Origin: Botryllus schlosseri
Taxonomy: Eukaryota
Length of the DNA: 64,000 nucleotides
Direction of reading: 5' to 3'
Assembly: GCA_051294905.1 (NCBI GenBank)
Contig: CM119372.1
Coordinates: forward strand, 13,456,001-13,520,000
This document shows, piece by piece, positions 12,821 to 25,769 of the stretch. The notes under the pieces were generated by a model. It was given only the letters and a program-made list of their open reading frames with translations. It ran no database searches and had not been told where the DNA came from. The position numbers were made by a program, and so were the translations under genes. Within the stretch, counting starts at the first letter, position 1; each line of letters opens with the position of its first letter.

Positions 12821-15800
12821 CTATTCGTAATCGGGGTTTTTCCGCAATATGACAAACCCTTCCAAAACCGGATTCAAAGGAAGGTATTCTTCAGTAGCGA
12901 GTTCAGCTCTTTCTCCGTACGCCAGAAGGACAGGCGTCGTATGAGTCTGGAATCCTAGAAAACACATAGGTTTTATCCATGTGTTGATACCGGTAATCAA
13001 CAGAGGTGGTCAGTCTTTCTCACAGATTAAAATAGGTTCGGCATACTCTTACTTTTTACACTTTGAAAAATTTAGAAATACATTTTGGAATACATTTGCA
13101 TCGCTTTTTAGGAGCCATGTCTCATGTTAACCGAATACATATTTTACATACAAAATTTTGTCAAAATTGTAGCGTTATGTCAAAAAAATTGTCATAATTG
13201 TTTACGAAGTCTAAATTTTTTTGCAACTCGCATTTCGTTTGTATCATAGATGTTTGCACTGTCGGTGAACTTATGATTTGACATTTTACAGCCTGTAGCC
13301 TACTTATAGGTCTACTGTTGCCGACGGCCCATTGTCTGCTCATTGTTACTCATAGATGGTCAAATGAAACAAATAAGTTGCCATGGTGTTATGCTCAATG
13401 TACCGCAATATCGTAACTCAGGGGTGGCCAGCCTTTTCAGTCAACGGGCCACATGAGATTTACGGAACATTGCGCGGGCCACTGGAATGTTGATGACCTT
13501 TTTTAGTCGTCCGATAGGAGCGAGCCAAATTAGGTAACGTTGAAAACAAGACTTATATTGCTACACTTAAAAATTGATAACAATTATGTCATGAAAGCTC
13601 TCGGTGCAATGTGGATTCATGCCCTGGTCGCGCTTGGCAAAGGTAATGAACGAATTCGATCAATAAATATGTTACTTGCATATATTGGGGGTCGCATCTA
13701 TATACCACTGGGCTCATTTGGCAAGGACAGGATTATTTGGCGTTTAGACATAGCAATATCTAAGGTTTTGGTGAACAGGCCTCTATAATTTTGTGCAAAT
13801 GTTTCATCGCGGACGATCTCGCTGCGAGCACACAAGCGAAGAGGAATGTTGGACGACACATTATCTCCTAATTGCGAATATAGTTAGACTCAATTCTGCA
13901 AATTATGTGTATTTATAATTTTCAGGAGGAGGCTCCAATACTAAATGCACGAAATCAAGTGACAATAAATCATGCAAGTGCTAAGAAAATTTTCAAGTCA
14001 ACTAAATCTGCTTCGAAATATTCTACTTTACGGTCATATACGAAGATCTGCGATAAATGTGGCTGGCCCCTGGTTACACCACTGCGCTGGAACTGATCTT
14101 TTAGTCATCAAATTTCGCGGTCAGGCTAATCAAATTTGGGTTGGCCTTGCAATTTTACCTGCTGTAATAACTAATTTGAAGAATTACCTCACGGGCCGCG
14201 GGTTGGCCGCCCCTGTCCTAACTGAAGCAAGTCTGCATGGGGGTTGCCGGAGAACCCGGCCCTTGGAGAACCCGGCCCTACCAACTCGGCCCTCGGAGAA
14301 CACGGCCCTTGGAGAACCCGGCCCTCGGAGAATTCCTCGGGAAATTTTGAAATTAAGTGTATTCACAAGTATTAATATGAATTAATAAAGTAATAATGTT
14401 ATTATCAACTGATTTGTCGGTCTTGTAAGGAGGTCAGGGCATGCGTAGGTCACGCAGTCACGGCGTGATCAGATCACGTGATCACGGATTGCGCAAGCGC
14501 CAAGTGCGAGAAAGAACGCGACTTTCACATATCGACCACGCGTGGTCGGCTCAGTATTGATTTGACTTGGCGAGGGAAGGACGTATGCAGTTGTATAAAC
14601 TCTGGAGGGAATTCAAGAAAGGAAGGAAGACACCCCGTCGCCTACTGAAAGAAATTGCTGGGATTAATGGGCCCATTTGTGAAGAATAACAAACCTGATT
14701 AGATTAGATTTTTGTCATTTTTATTTATATTAGATGTGATTCTGTCGTTTTTATTTATATTAGATGTGATTTTGTCGTTTTTATTTATATTAGATGTGAT
14801 TTTGTCGTTTTTATTTATATTAGATGTGATTTTGTCGTTTTTATTCCATTATATTAGATGTGACATTTACCTGATTCAATTGATTGTGTGAAGTTGGTCA
14901 GAGCAGGCTGTTAAGGGCAATGCAACTGTAGGTTGAGGTGGGGTAGGGAGACATTAGGGTTCGGGTAGTGGAATATTGGGTTCGGGTAGGATACTAGGGT
15001 TGGGGGAGGGGGGATATTAGGGTTAGGGTTAGGATATTAGGGTTGCCGGGGGTGGGATATTAGGGTTAGGATATTAGGGTTGCCGGGGGTGGGATATTAG
15101 GGGTAGGGTTAGGGTTGCCGGAGGTGGGATATTAGGGTTAGGGTTGTGGGGGTGGGATATTAGGGTTGCCGGAGGTGGCATATTAGGGTTGCCGGAGGTG
15201 GGATATTAGGGTTGCCGGGGGTGGGATATTAGGGTTAGGATATTAGGGTTGCCGGGGGTGGGATATTAGGGGTAGGGTTAGGGTTGCCAGAGGTGGGATA
15301 TTAGGGTTAGGGTTGTCGGGGTGGGATATTAGGGTTGCCGGAGGTGAGATATTAGGGGTAGGGTTAGGATATTAGGGTTGCCGGGGGTGGGATATTAGGG
15401 TTAGGGTTAGGATATTAGGGTTGCCGGGGGTGGGATATTAGGGGTAGGGTTAGGGTTGCCGGAGGTGGGATATTAGGGTTAGGGTTGTCGGGGTGGGATA
15501 TTAGGGTTGCCGGAGGTGGGATATTAGGGGTAGGGTTAGGATATTAGGGTTGCCGGAGGTGGGATATTAGGATTGCCGGTGAATACAAAATTTCCCGAGG
15601 GCCGGGTACACATTTATTGCATTTTTAATTCAAAATTGTTCGAGGGCCGCATTCACCGAGGTCCAGAGTAGTCGAAAAACACCGTGAATACCACAACAAG
15701 TAGACCACGCGTGCTTGATATACAAAATTTCCCGAGGGCCGAGTTCGTCGAGGGCCGGGTTCTCCGAGGGCCGGGTTCTCCGAGGGCCGAGTTGGTAGGG

Positions 15801-18800
15801 CCGGGTTCTCCAAGGGCCGGGTTCTCTGGTAATCACCAGCAGTGCATGCACATTGCACAACTTCAGTGTTGCCAGCCAACAACTGCCGCTGTTGAATGTT
15901 CTTTCTCCTTACTTAGTAAGGACAGTCACTTTTCGATTTTGAAAAGCAGAAAACAGTTTGGGATAAGCTGGTATAACTTTTACAAGTGAGAATTGTTGTA
16001 ACTCATAACTACAGGGCAAAATAACCAAGGTTGTACGGTAACTGAATACTTTTTCAAAATTATTACACCTCTTTGTAATGCCATTGGTTGTTAGCCATTA
16101 GCGCCAGTGAAGACGCATCTTGAAATTTCAATAGTATCATTATGGCCAAATCCACTTTTCATACCTTTATTTTCTAGTTTCACTTGAAACTGTTTTGACA
16201 TGGCTTGGAAACAGTTACTTCTACTTGCAATTGAGTAGAGTTTTATGGCATTACTTTAAATCTAAATACTTAGAGTCTTTGACAATCTATGGAAATCAAC
16301 CATGCACTAACCTGTGATGGTTTTGGGTTTGCCTGCTTGCCCCACAACATCAACCGCCTGGCCGACTCTGACGCTCACAGGCAAGGGACGTAGCTCTTCA
16401 TCAAAAGTAACCAGCATCCTCGGCTGAATAGCGGGCACCAACGAATACAGGAGATAATGACTCTTTCCCAGAATAATCGATTTCACATCTAAGAAGGAAA
16501 CTACCACCGACAGAATGGCCCCGAGAGCAACGGGGCTCAATAGCTGCCGGTCGCTGTGATATGGTTGGAGAGTCAACGTTCCCTGTTGAAATATAACGAT
16601 TTCGTTGAACAAAGCATCCAGAAAATAGAGAAATTGGTAATGACAAAGATAAAAAGGCACTACTGCAAGAACAACCTAAGACTGCAGAAGAACTTTCGGT
16701 CAGTAAAACTATTCACTCACCTTTCCTAAATGAACCAAGCCCTGCGCTAATTTGACGAGGAAAAGATTGGATTGATCTTTGCTGTAATAGACGGCGAGAT
16801 TTCGCAACATCTGTGCAAGTCTTGCATTGTTAGTGCCTGAAAAGAAAACGGACGATGCTGAATGAGTACGAAAGATAAAAGATGCAGGGAATAGCCTCTT
16901 TTCCTTCATTGAAAGCATTGGGCAAGCCCAGCATTGCCACTACGAATCAACGACTTCATAAGGATTATCGAATTAGTTATTGCTGATACTTTGGCACTAC
17001 ACTGATACATATTTTGTACATCATGCTACTTCGGCTTTGACCCACATATCCAAAATAATGTATCGCAACAAATTACTCTTACAATGTAAAAGAAATTCGA
17101 ACTACGTACCGCAGCACAGACATTGTTTCCTCCAAAAAAACTGCATTGTCCCGGACAATATATCACTACAGAGAGGAGGTCTGGTCAGTATCAAATTACT
17201 TCTACTTCCGAGTACTAGAGTAGGATTTGTCTACTTGCACCATTTCCTCAAGCGATTATGTTTAAGACTACTTCCACTCACATTTTCTCACTTTCAATTT
17301 GTGAAGTAGAATGAGACCCCAGTTTTGGGATAAGTTTGTATTACTGTTACAAGTGAATTTGTCATAATAACCGTAAGAAATAGCAACTGTCTACCGGTAA
17401 CTGAACATACATTCCAACATTCTACCAATTGTTGTGCGATTAGTCATTTTACATTGGTCGCAAAGATACATGTTGCAATTTCGAAAGCAGCCACCGCTCT
17501 TTCAAACCACTCGAGCGACCTTTCATTCGATACTGCCACTTCAAGTGCTTCTACTCGAGTACCAACTGTGACCATCTCTGTCCCACTAACCGAGTATTCA
17601 TCAAGCATTCAACTCACCACTTCCGACCAGCCCCATTCCGAAAATCGCATTGTGGGAAACGTCCGCGTCCGAGTCGTGGCTGAATTTTGACAGGGTGTCC
17701 AGTACTGGCAGTTGCGGATTTGAGATGGAAATGAGAGAAAGTGCAAGCGGCACAGCGCGACGAACTGCCGGCTCCCCGTAGCGGAACTTAATTGAAAATA
17801 CTTTGACAAATCACACACTTAAGAGTAAGTATTTAGCCATACCATATGTCCAAATGTTCTGAACGCCATCTCAGACCCGATATCTTCCCCCATGCCAATC
17901 ACCGCGATACCTATGACGGCGACGGCTTGCCTGGACAATCCCCACTCCGTTTTCGACTTCTTCTTATCGTCCGATTTTGAGTCTTTTTTAGACGACTTGG
18001 AAGAGGAAGAAGAGGACGACTCGCCGTCTTTTTTATCGCTAGATTTCGTCTCGCCAGACTCCTCGCTGCCTTCGTCCTTGTTCACGACTTCGCTGCAGAT
18101 GTGCAGCATGTCCTGGACTTTCAAGACGTTGCCCGTTCCTGCAGCAGGCAGCAATAGTAAGTATGCAGATTTAGCGTTGATACGGAGTATAAACTACAGA
18201 CATCCAAAAGCGCTTAGTAGTTTCCTGGCGAAATTTGTAAACTGACGAACAAAAAAATGGTCAATGCCATCACCTCTTCCTAATGTTTTGGTGAGCTGGA
18301 ATTTAAAAAAGATCCAAGATCCTAACCACAGCCTCAGAGCCAAAAATAAGGACAAATCTTGGGACAACGAAGTTTTTATAAGACGTCACCCTTCAAACTA
18401 AGGACAAATCTTAGAAATAGAGGACAGTGCAGCTTTAATGAGACATCGCCGCTCAAATCTTAAAAAAAAGGACAATGTAGTTTTTCTAAGACATCGCCGT
18501 TTAAAATAGGAAAAATCTTAGAAATAAGATTTTTCTATATGCGAGAGAACGGGCACTACAGGTCATTTCAACACACCGGCGTAAGCGCAAACGTCAACCA
18601 GAATCCTCGCGAACCCTCTGAGAGGTTCCGGCACGACTTCCAACGCTGCTAAAATCGCTTCTTCGGCCTCTTGTTTCCCTATACGACAAAAAATAGCAAT
18701 GAAACACGGGCTCATACTTTCCGGAGACGTCTATTACCTAACACCACGAGTCCCAACGCCAGAGCCAAGTATCTGGCATAAGTGTCTTTCAAGTCGCTTT

Positions 18801-21800
18801 CGGGACGCTCGATCAGCGTTTGCAAAAGGCCCGATGTGACTTCGCCATTACATGAGCCGACTGCCACAAGCCCGCACGCCAACGCCGTCACCCCTACCAC
18901 TTCCATGTTGGATTTGGAGTCGGCTAAAACAGGTAGTAGTAGGGATATGATGTCTTCTCTGTTTGATCCGGCGTAGGCCAACCCGAGACTGTGTGATAGA
19001 AAGGAATGAATATGTAATGAAATGAAGCTGCAGCTTTCCATAATTGGCATACCCTAGTATAGATCCCACTCTCATTATGTTGCTATTGTGTAGAATGTAG
19101 TCGGAGAGCAAAGCCAGAGCCGGGTCGCATTCATTTCTGACACCACTGTTCACTATGCCACAGGCGAGCAGAGCGCCTGCAAATACGGAGTTTGAGGAAA
19201 AGAGCGAAAAAATTGAAATAGAAACATCGCGGCGTACCGGACTTGATGAAGTCGTCGGAAGAATACAAGTATTTGTCGATCTGTGTCAAACCACCGTCGA
19301 CGTCCCACAGGAGAACCAGTCCCAGCGACGCCGTGGCCGCTAGCATGCCTGAATTCAGAAAGAGTCGTAAAAAGCTACGAGTCAAGAGTATTCATTATAC
19401 CGTAATCTCATCTGAGGTTAGCAAAGAAGAAAACTTTCCTAATCCGGTCCGGTCGTACGAATACAGGTCGTAAGAAAAAATGAAATAAAAAAAAAGCTAC
19501 AAAATAGCCCCTGCATCGTCGTTATTGAATACATTTTCGAAATCACACCAATATACATCATTGGTCATTGCTGTCAGTGGTTGGTCATTTTGCATCAGTG
19601 GTGAAGACGCATCTAGCAATTTTATAAAGCAGCCGCATTCAATCAACTGCTGAAGTATGCGACCCGTTGCGAAAATCAACCTTTCGAAACTACGCACTTG
19701 AGCACTCTCCCGACCTTCATATTGATACTTCTACCAGTAATTGAGTATAACAGCTTCTCGGAGGTACAAAACTTCAATGTACAATTGATTAGTATATTCG
19801 TATTGAAATGAACCCGAATATTTTCGGCTGACACTCGTCAGGGGTAATCGTCAGCAACTAGTAGAGAATTCAAAAGATATACGATAGACTCGTTATTGGT
19901 TAGAAACAAAATATAGATCCAGCACACAGTAACAACCAAAAGCTGTGACAGGCAAAAGTTACATACCATGATCTTTATTTTTGTAAAACCATTTATTTCC
20001 GTCGGTGGTCACCAATTTGTCTTTGCCGAAACCGGCATTCACGAATCCGTTCACGTAGGACGAGGCGAGATTCATCCTTGCCGAATCGGCACTAGCCGCC
20101 GAGCTCAAACCAGTACCTGAAAAAAAAAACAAGGCTGGAAGCGAATGTCAATACGCCGGTATTGCAGCACTCACGGTTATTTTCCAAGTGTGTTTTATAT
20201 ATGTCCTCGGGTACTTTGGGGTCCATGATGTCCAGTTCTCTGGAAATGAAAAGAAGCAACTCGTTGGAACACGGGCTTACCAAATCAGATTGTATTCCCT
20301 ACCGCTAGCTTCCTATGAACCAGGAACAGTATTCAAACACATTTCTGAATCGTAGAGAGACTAGCAGCGATAAAGAAATCTGCTTACCGTGCTAGGGATA
20401 GAAAATTCGTGTTCAGTTGAGCGTTGCTCATGATCTCGGTGAGATCCGCCATTTCATCGAGGTCACTGTCCACTTCCAGGAACACTTGCTGCCGTCCGAG
20501 AATTAACGCTAATTGCTTTTGCATTACTCTAAAGAAGAACAGCAAGTCCGTTAATCACAGCGAATGCAATAAACTAGGGCTCGGGAAAACCAAATAACTG
20601 ACTTACTCGATTCTGAGTCGAGCATTAGGTCACGAGTCGAGTATCACACATTATGACACTGAAAGAGTACTCTCCATATTCCATACTCTTTCATTGTCAT
20701 AATGAGTGATACTCGACTTGTCATGTGGAAAGTTCTTGCTATGCGACCTCAAAAAATTTACCACATTCGATGGGCTACCAAACAAGATAATTTGTTATTT
20801 TGTTGATCATGCCTATTTCATTGAACTTGATAACTATGACGTGGGTTGATAACGACTTCACAGAAATGCCATTTCCACGAGCGGATGTAGCCAATCGATG
20901 CTTCACGACTTCCACGTTGGGATAAATGCATTGAAACTATAATTCTTGTTGACAATATAAAATATGACAAGGGGCGTATAATTTTAGTACTCAAAAAATT
21001 CGCCTCCCACTACTCTACTCGAATTGCTACAATTAACACTAAATTCAGATTCAAGTACTTGAATCATTACACTCAGTCCTAGTAACAGCCACAAACATAT
21101 GAAAGTACTCACGGATCCTTGCAGGAGTGAAATATCTCTGTTATAACGTTCATGTCGTTGAGCTGCAATGCGAGACGCATAGCTTCGGCGTATCGATCAA
21201 ACTTTCCAAATATTCTTATCGTTGCCTTCAGTAGGGTGATATTTTCCGGGTCGGGCGTGTACGGGACGCAGCTGCAATTTACAGACGGTTGCCACTGAAA
21301 ATCGCAGGCTACCAGAAAACGAATTGACAAACCTCGTTAAATATAGACACACTCGTGAGTACGTGGTCTTATCAACGAATTGGTCGAGCAAGTCGAGTTT
21401 ATTGATTTCCATCAGCAAGTCGCAGGCATCTGTCTCTCCATTGTGCTTCATATTGTACGGGACTATTTCCTGCAATAGATGGCAAGTCTGACGATCACTC
21501 ACAACTACATTCAAATTGTCACCGACTGAACGAGAGATGACGATAATGATTCACACACGACCAGGTCAGGATATTCGCAATTTTTCAAGATCACAATCTC
21601 AAACACATCTCTACTCAAAAATGTAGCCAATTGCTAACCTGAATCAGTTTTCCAAGTTCATCCAGCTTCTTACTGTCTGGTTCGCTGTCGTTTTCCATCA
21701 ATTCTTTCCACTCGGACGCCACTTCGCCAGACAAGTGCCTGAATATAATTCGGCTGTAACCACACGTAAAGTCCAGCAGATGCGATACAATCTATTTCAC

Positions 21801-24597
21801 CTAACATATTCGTGTCCCCACGAGCCAACCTCATCTTGAGAACCAATCAGACGATATTTCAGACATTCTCGTTCTTCTTCGGACATTGTCATCCCAAGAA
21901 CGGAAACAACGTCGGCACAGAATTTCTGAAAGTTTCGACAGTGTTGACAAGTAAATAATGGTCTACTACACGTTGATTACAGAACAACTTATTGTCGACA
22001 GCTCGGCTTAGTAACTACTCTTGATTCATAAGGTCACAAGTAAGTTCTATAAAGGTCATCTATGATGTAAACTCATCCAGTCAGCAACGAGTACTTCTAT
22101 TCACACGAGTATTCAAAGTATCTCTTGCTTACATACAAAACTTGAGTAGTTATTTATTTAGAGTTCAACTTCAACAGTGTTTGTCAAACTATGTCCTTTT
22201 TTGAGAAGAGAGTAGTTGTGGACGGATTTGCAATTTAGAGATCAGCAGATTCCAAATCCTGTCTTGGCTGTTATATTCATATGCAAGTCGAAATCTAAAT
22301 CTACAATACTTTATATTTTAGAATCATGTCTAAATCCAAGTTCGAGATTCTGGTAATGACAGAAATTCACCTCAAAGAAACATGGAAATTAGGAATTTTA
22401 CTCCTAATCAAGGCAAAATATTCCAATATAGTTTCTACAAATTCCAATCCATGTTCATATCTGATGGCACTTCTTTTATGAGGCTATATTAATCTGCTCA
22501 CGGTAGTAGAAGATAATTTGGATAACAGCACCTATTTGTGGCGCCATTAGTTATTCTGCGATAGTCGCAAAAATGCATATTCTAATTTTGAAAGCGATGC
22601 AATACCACAAGTCTGCAACACCTTGACACAATTTCCTTCATGAAACAACTCGAGTAATTCTTGGATGCTGGGTATTCTACTCCTGCAAGTAGATTTCACA
22701 TGACTTGAAAATTGTTACTTCTGCTTGTCATGGAGTAAATTTGTGTTGGTAAAACTCGTGCTCGGTTAATGACTACTCTGACTAACTCCCAAGTTTTGCC
22801 AACAAAATCTAAAAATACGAAGTGATTTAAATTTTATCATAATTCAACTTTGATCCCTGGTGGATAAATAGTCAGCAAGATATTTATGTAGGTAACATTT
22901 ACTTGATTTTCTCCATCCGGCATCTTTGCGTGGATTTGCTTCAAGGAGCCATAGTGAGGACGTAGAAATTTCAACGGTTTAGGGACTGACGTCAATGAAG
23001 CCGTTGATGATCGTATTTTTGTCCGGAGAATTTCAAGAGCAGGACGGTATAACGCAGAGTCATTTTCCTGAAAGCAACATAAACATGCCACTCAATCCAC
23101 ATTCATCCATCATTGGGTTTCAATAATTCTTACCTGTAATCTTTCAACGCATACATTCAATTCGTCAAGCAGTTGCTTATCTTCATCGGTCTGTGAAGAC
23201 AGTTGCATATAAAAGAGCAGTTACAAAGAAACCCACATTTTATGGGGCCTACACCAAATTTTATAAAATGGGTTGCTAGTTATTAAATGAAAATGAACAT
23301 TCTTGGAAATTAACAAGAACCGTATGGTTGAATATCCCATGGCGGCTTGTGACGTGTTTCATTGGCGATAAGGCAGCGGCTCCTGAGAGCCACAAGTCAA
23401 CATCGTGCAGAGTCATCATAAAGTTGAGGCAATTTTTTTCAGCAAGGGAGACTTTGCAACATTTATTCCCAGGATTTTCTAGATTATTGGTCGTCATTAT
23501 TTAGTGCAAAGAGGAGTTTGCTCACATTACCTCTAGTCTGGAGCCGAGCGAAATTGGTGGCATTGTCGCACACAACTTTCCGTCTAATTTCCATAATTAT
23601 TCTATGCAACACTGCAAGGAACATTTCTGTTCCTGTCACATGCAGTGTATTGCCGAAAACAACCACTGTTTCCAGTCTGGCAAGCACTCTTTTCGAGCCT
23701 AATACATTTTTTTGACGTGAAGCTATATCGTTCCAGATAACCAAAGGTTGGAAACCAATGTAATAAGGTGTTACACTGAGAACCGGCGTAACACGCAAAA
23801 TATATTACGCTAAACGTACGGGATTACAACCCGGAGATGCCAAGTTAATGAACTTATCCTAATTTCTTATTATTTTCTTCCTGTGAATGTAGGCAAACCG
23901 TTGTCGTAACTACGCAAGTATATGCATCATATAAGGATACCGTATTTTGGGAATCTGAAAAGAGGACACTTTCACAAAATTTGCAGACTTACAATACCGG
24001 AGCGAAACCAAAAAAAATGGTAAATTTTTCCATTAGTACGTGGTTGGTTGACTACAAAAAGGTCATGTTTTCGGCGCAAGTCCCGAAATACCGATTTTCT
24101 ATGAGACTATCCTTTGGTTGACTAAAAAAATAAAAGGCCAATTTTCTGGCTCAGGTCCCGATAAACCAATTTCCATGTACAAAACAATCCAATTTCCATG
24201 TACAGTTAACCAAAATTTTCAAAAAGGAGGACATTTTAGGCGTCCTGAGGGGACATTTTCAATAAAGAGGACGTATGGTAATAACCCTATATTATTACTA
24301 TATTATGGAGATAAACGATTTAAGCAAAGATTGCAGTTCCACCATCAGCTGGTGATGTTAAACTCCAATTTTACGCTACTAGTATTCTCACTTTAAGATC
24401 CTATGGTTCAGAAAGTCTATACTCAGCAATTGAAAGTGCTCTGTCGTATTGGTTTGTTATATCTTTGCCGCAAGTGGGTATACAAAAGTACAAAACTACA
24501 AATCCCTTACCAGATCCGATTCCGGCTCGCTTTTCTTCTCCGCTTTAGTTTCCTTAGGTTTTTCCGATGGAGTGTCTTGCGAAGTTGTAGGAGGCAT
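12821..24597 (-). CDS. PSMD2: 26S proteasome non-ATPase regulatory subunit 2 (Rpn1), multi-exon (~19 coding exons)
   Basis: Exon 1 24511-24597 [29 protein letters not shown]; exon 2 23134-23190; internal exons with [86 protein letters not shown]; last exon 12821-12955 [48 protein letters not shown] introns. Confidence 0.96.
13419..14215. mobile_element. hAT-type MITE in the last PSMD2 intron
   Basis: TIR CAGGGGTGGCCA / TGGCCGCCCCTG; TSD TCGTAACT/TCCTAACT; partial sibling at ~57841-58110. Confidence 0.8.
14700..14865. repeat. 30-bp AT-rich tandem repeat (TTTTATTTATATTAGATGTGATTTTGTCGT), ~5 copies
   Basis: Direct reading of the tandem units. Confidence 0.85.
14935..15580 (+). repeat. G-rich telomere-like minisatellite (GGGATATTAGGGTTGCCGGRGGT interleaved with TTAGGG)
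   Basis: More than 20 GATATTAGGG units with TTAGGG/GTAGGG insertions; strong G-strand skew. Confidence 0.9.
19752..19870 (-). mobile_element. Solo Penelope 3'-end fragment carrying the hammerhead (19812-19845)
   Basis: Matches reverse complement of ~1701-1820; hammerhead core identical to 191-224; flanks slightly diverged. Confidence 0.82.
20575..21081. mobile_element. Degenerate MITE (family of 47461-47717)
   Basis: TAGGGCTC...CTCAGTCCTA ends; shared TCGATTCTGA.TCG and CGAGTCGAGTATCA motifs; TSD not clear. Confidence 0.55.
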
Positions 24598-25769
24598 CTC
24601 GGAAACTTATTCCTCCCCAGTGCAGATGACAGATCCAATTCAAAATTCTATATCTATAATTCGAAACCTTTCCAACTCGCTGAACGATGACCATTGACCA
24701 ATCTCTCTCATATGGCGATTCAGCAGAATATATGTCAAGTCATGTTAGTTCGTGCGATAGGTGGGGCCATATACCTATTTCTTTCTGATTTATCTGTTGT
24801 TGCAAAATTGAACGCCATATGATTTTAGGTAATCTTTCGAACTAATAAATATTGAAACTAAGTAAATACTTGCGCTGCAGAAATCGCCAAGTTGTTGTTG
24901 GTACCATTATTATCCGGGCTCACCGGATTTGAATGATGGTGGTGTAACCGGGGTCGACACAAATGTCAATCAAGCTGTTGCAAGTCGAAGAAATGACCAC
25001 TGTGATTCTGCCAGAAAATGCTTACGTCATATTTCGGAAATCGTGGAGTCATTATTGTCGAAATGATTCACTTGTGCTAAAATCAAATGTTATAACCGGA
25101 AAAACAATTTCGCGACAGATTTGGGTGCAAACGAACTGAAACACACGAGTTTTATCAATAAATGGCGCAAACGGTATGATCAATACAATATATAATCGAA
25201 ACTTGAAGAAGTGCTTCATTTTACAACCGCCAGGTAGTACTTATGGCATCTAAATTTTCAGCCGTTACGTAATCTACGCAGGCGGACCTATTTCGATTCT
25301 CGCCTGTAGCCGAAGCATCAGAGGTTAATTTCTGTTCCTTCCACCAAGTTAGACTATTTCTTACGGCGTCAAGACGCCCGAACAAACACTCCACAAAAGA
25401 TTATATGTGATATCGAGCAGAAAAAAACAAACAAATAATAACGTTTAACGAAGACAGCCTATCCCACACTGTTACATCGGCCAATTGGCTTTAGTCGTTG
25501 TTTGATTAAAATACCATAATAGGTAAATGCAACATCTTCTTGCCTGTTAACTACATCGCATTGCAAACTATGTGTCTTGAGCACATCAGAATATAAATGA
25601 TTACGATTATTGCGATCAACGTCACGTTCGTGTTTGGTATAGGTCGACTGTAATGCCGCAATTTATAAGTTATTCAATAAACAATAAAAACAAAAAAATG
25701 AAATAGCGTTGCTTCTGCTTCGGACATATTATATATTCGCAAAACTATTTCATCGTGGTTTTACGTAGC

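Larger units (their letters stand above)
14242..15834 (+). mobile_element. Internally deleted Mutator-like element with transposase C-terminal remnant and minisatellites
   Basis: ~90-bp TIRs built of GGAGAACCCGGCCCT repeats; 14585-14689 encodes [34 protein letters not shown], resembling animal MULE transposase C-termini; no TSD found. Confidence 0.65.

Noticed and set aside
14935..15580. True telomere or chromosome-fusion site
   Set aside because: Degenerate, single orientation, enclosed by TIRs inside a PSMD2 intron.
18340..18530. Degenerate ~50-bp repeats (AAGGACAAATCTTAG..AGACATCGCCG) in a PSMD2 intron
   Set aside because: Too decayed to define ends or family; most likely an old MITE remnant.
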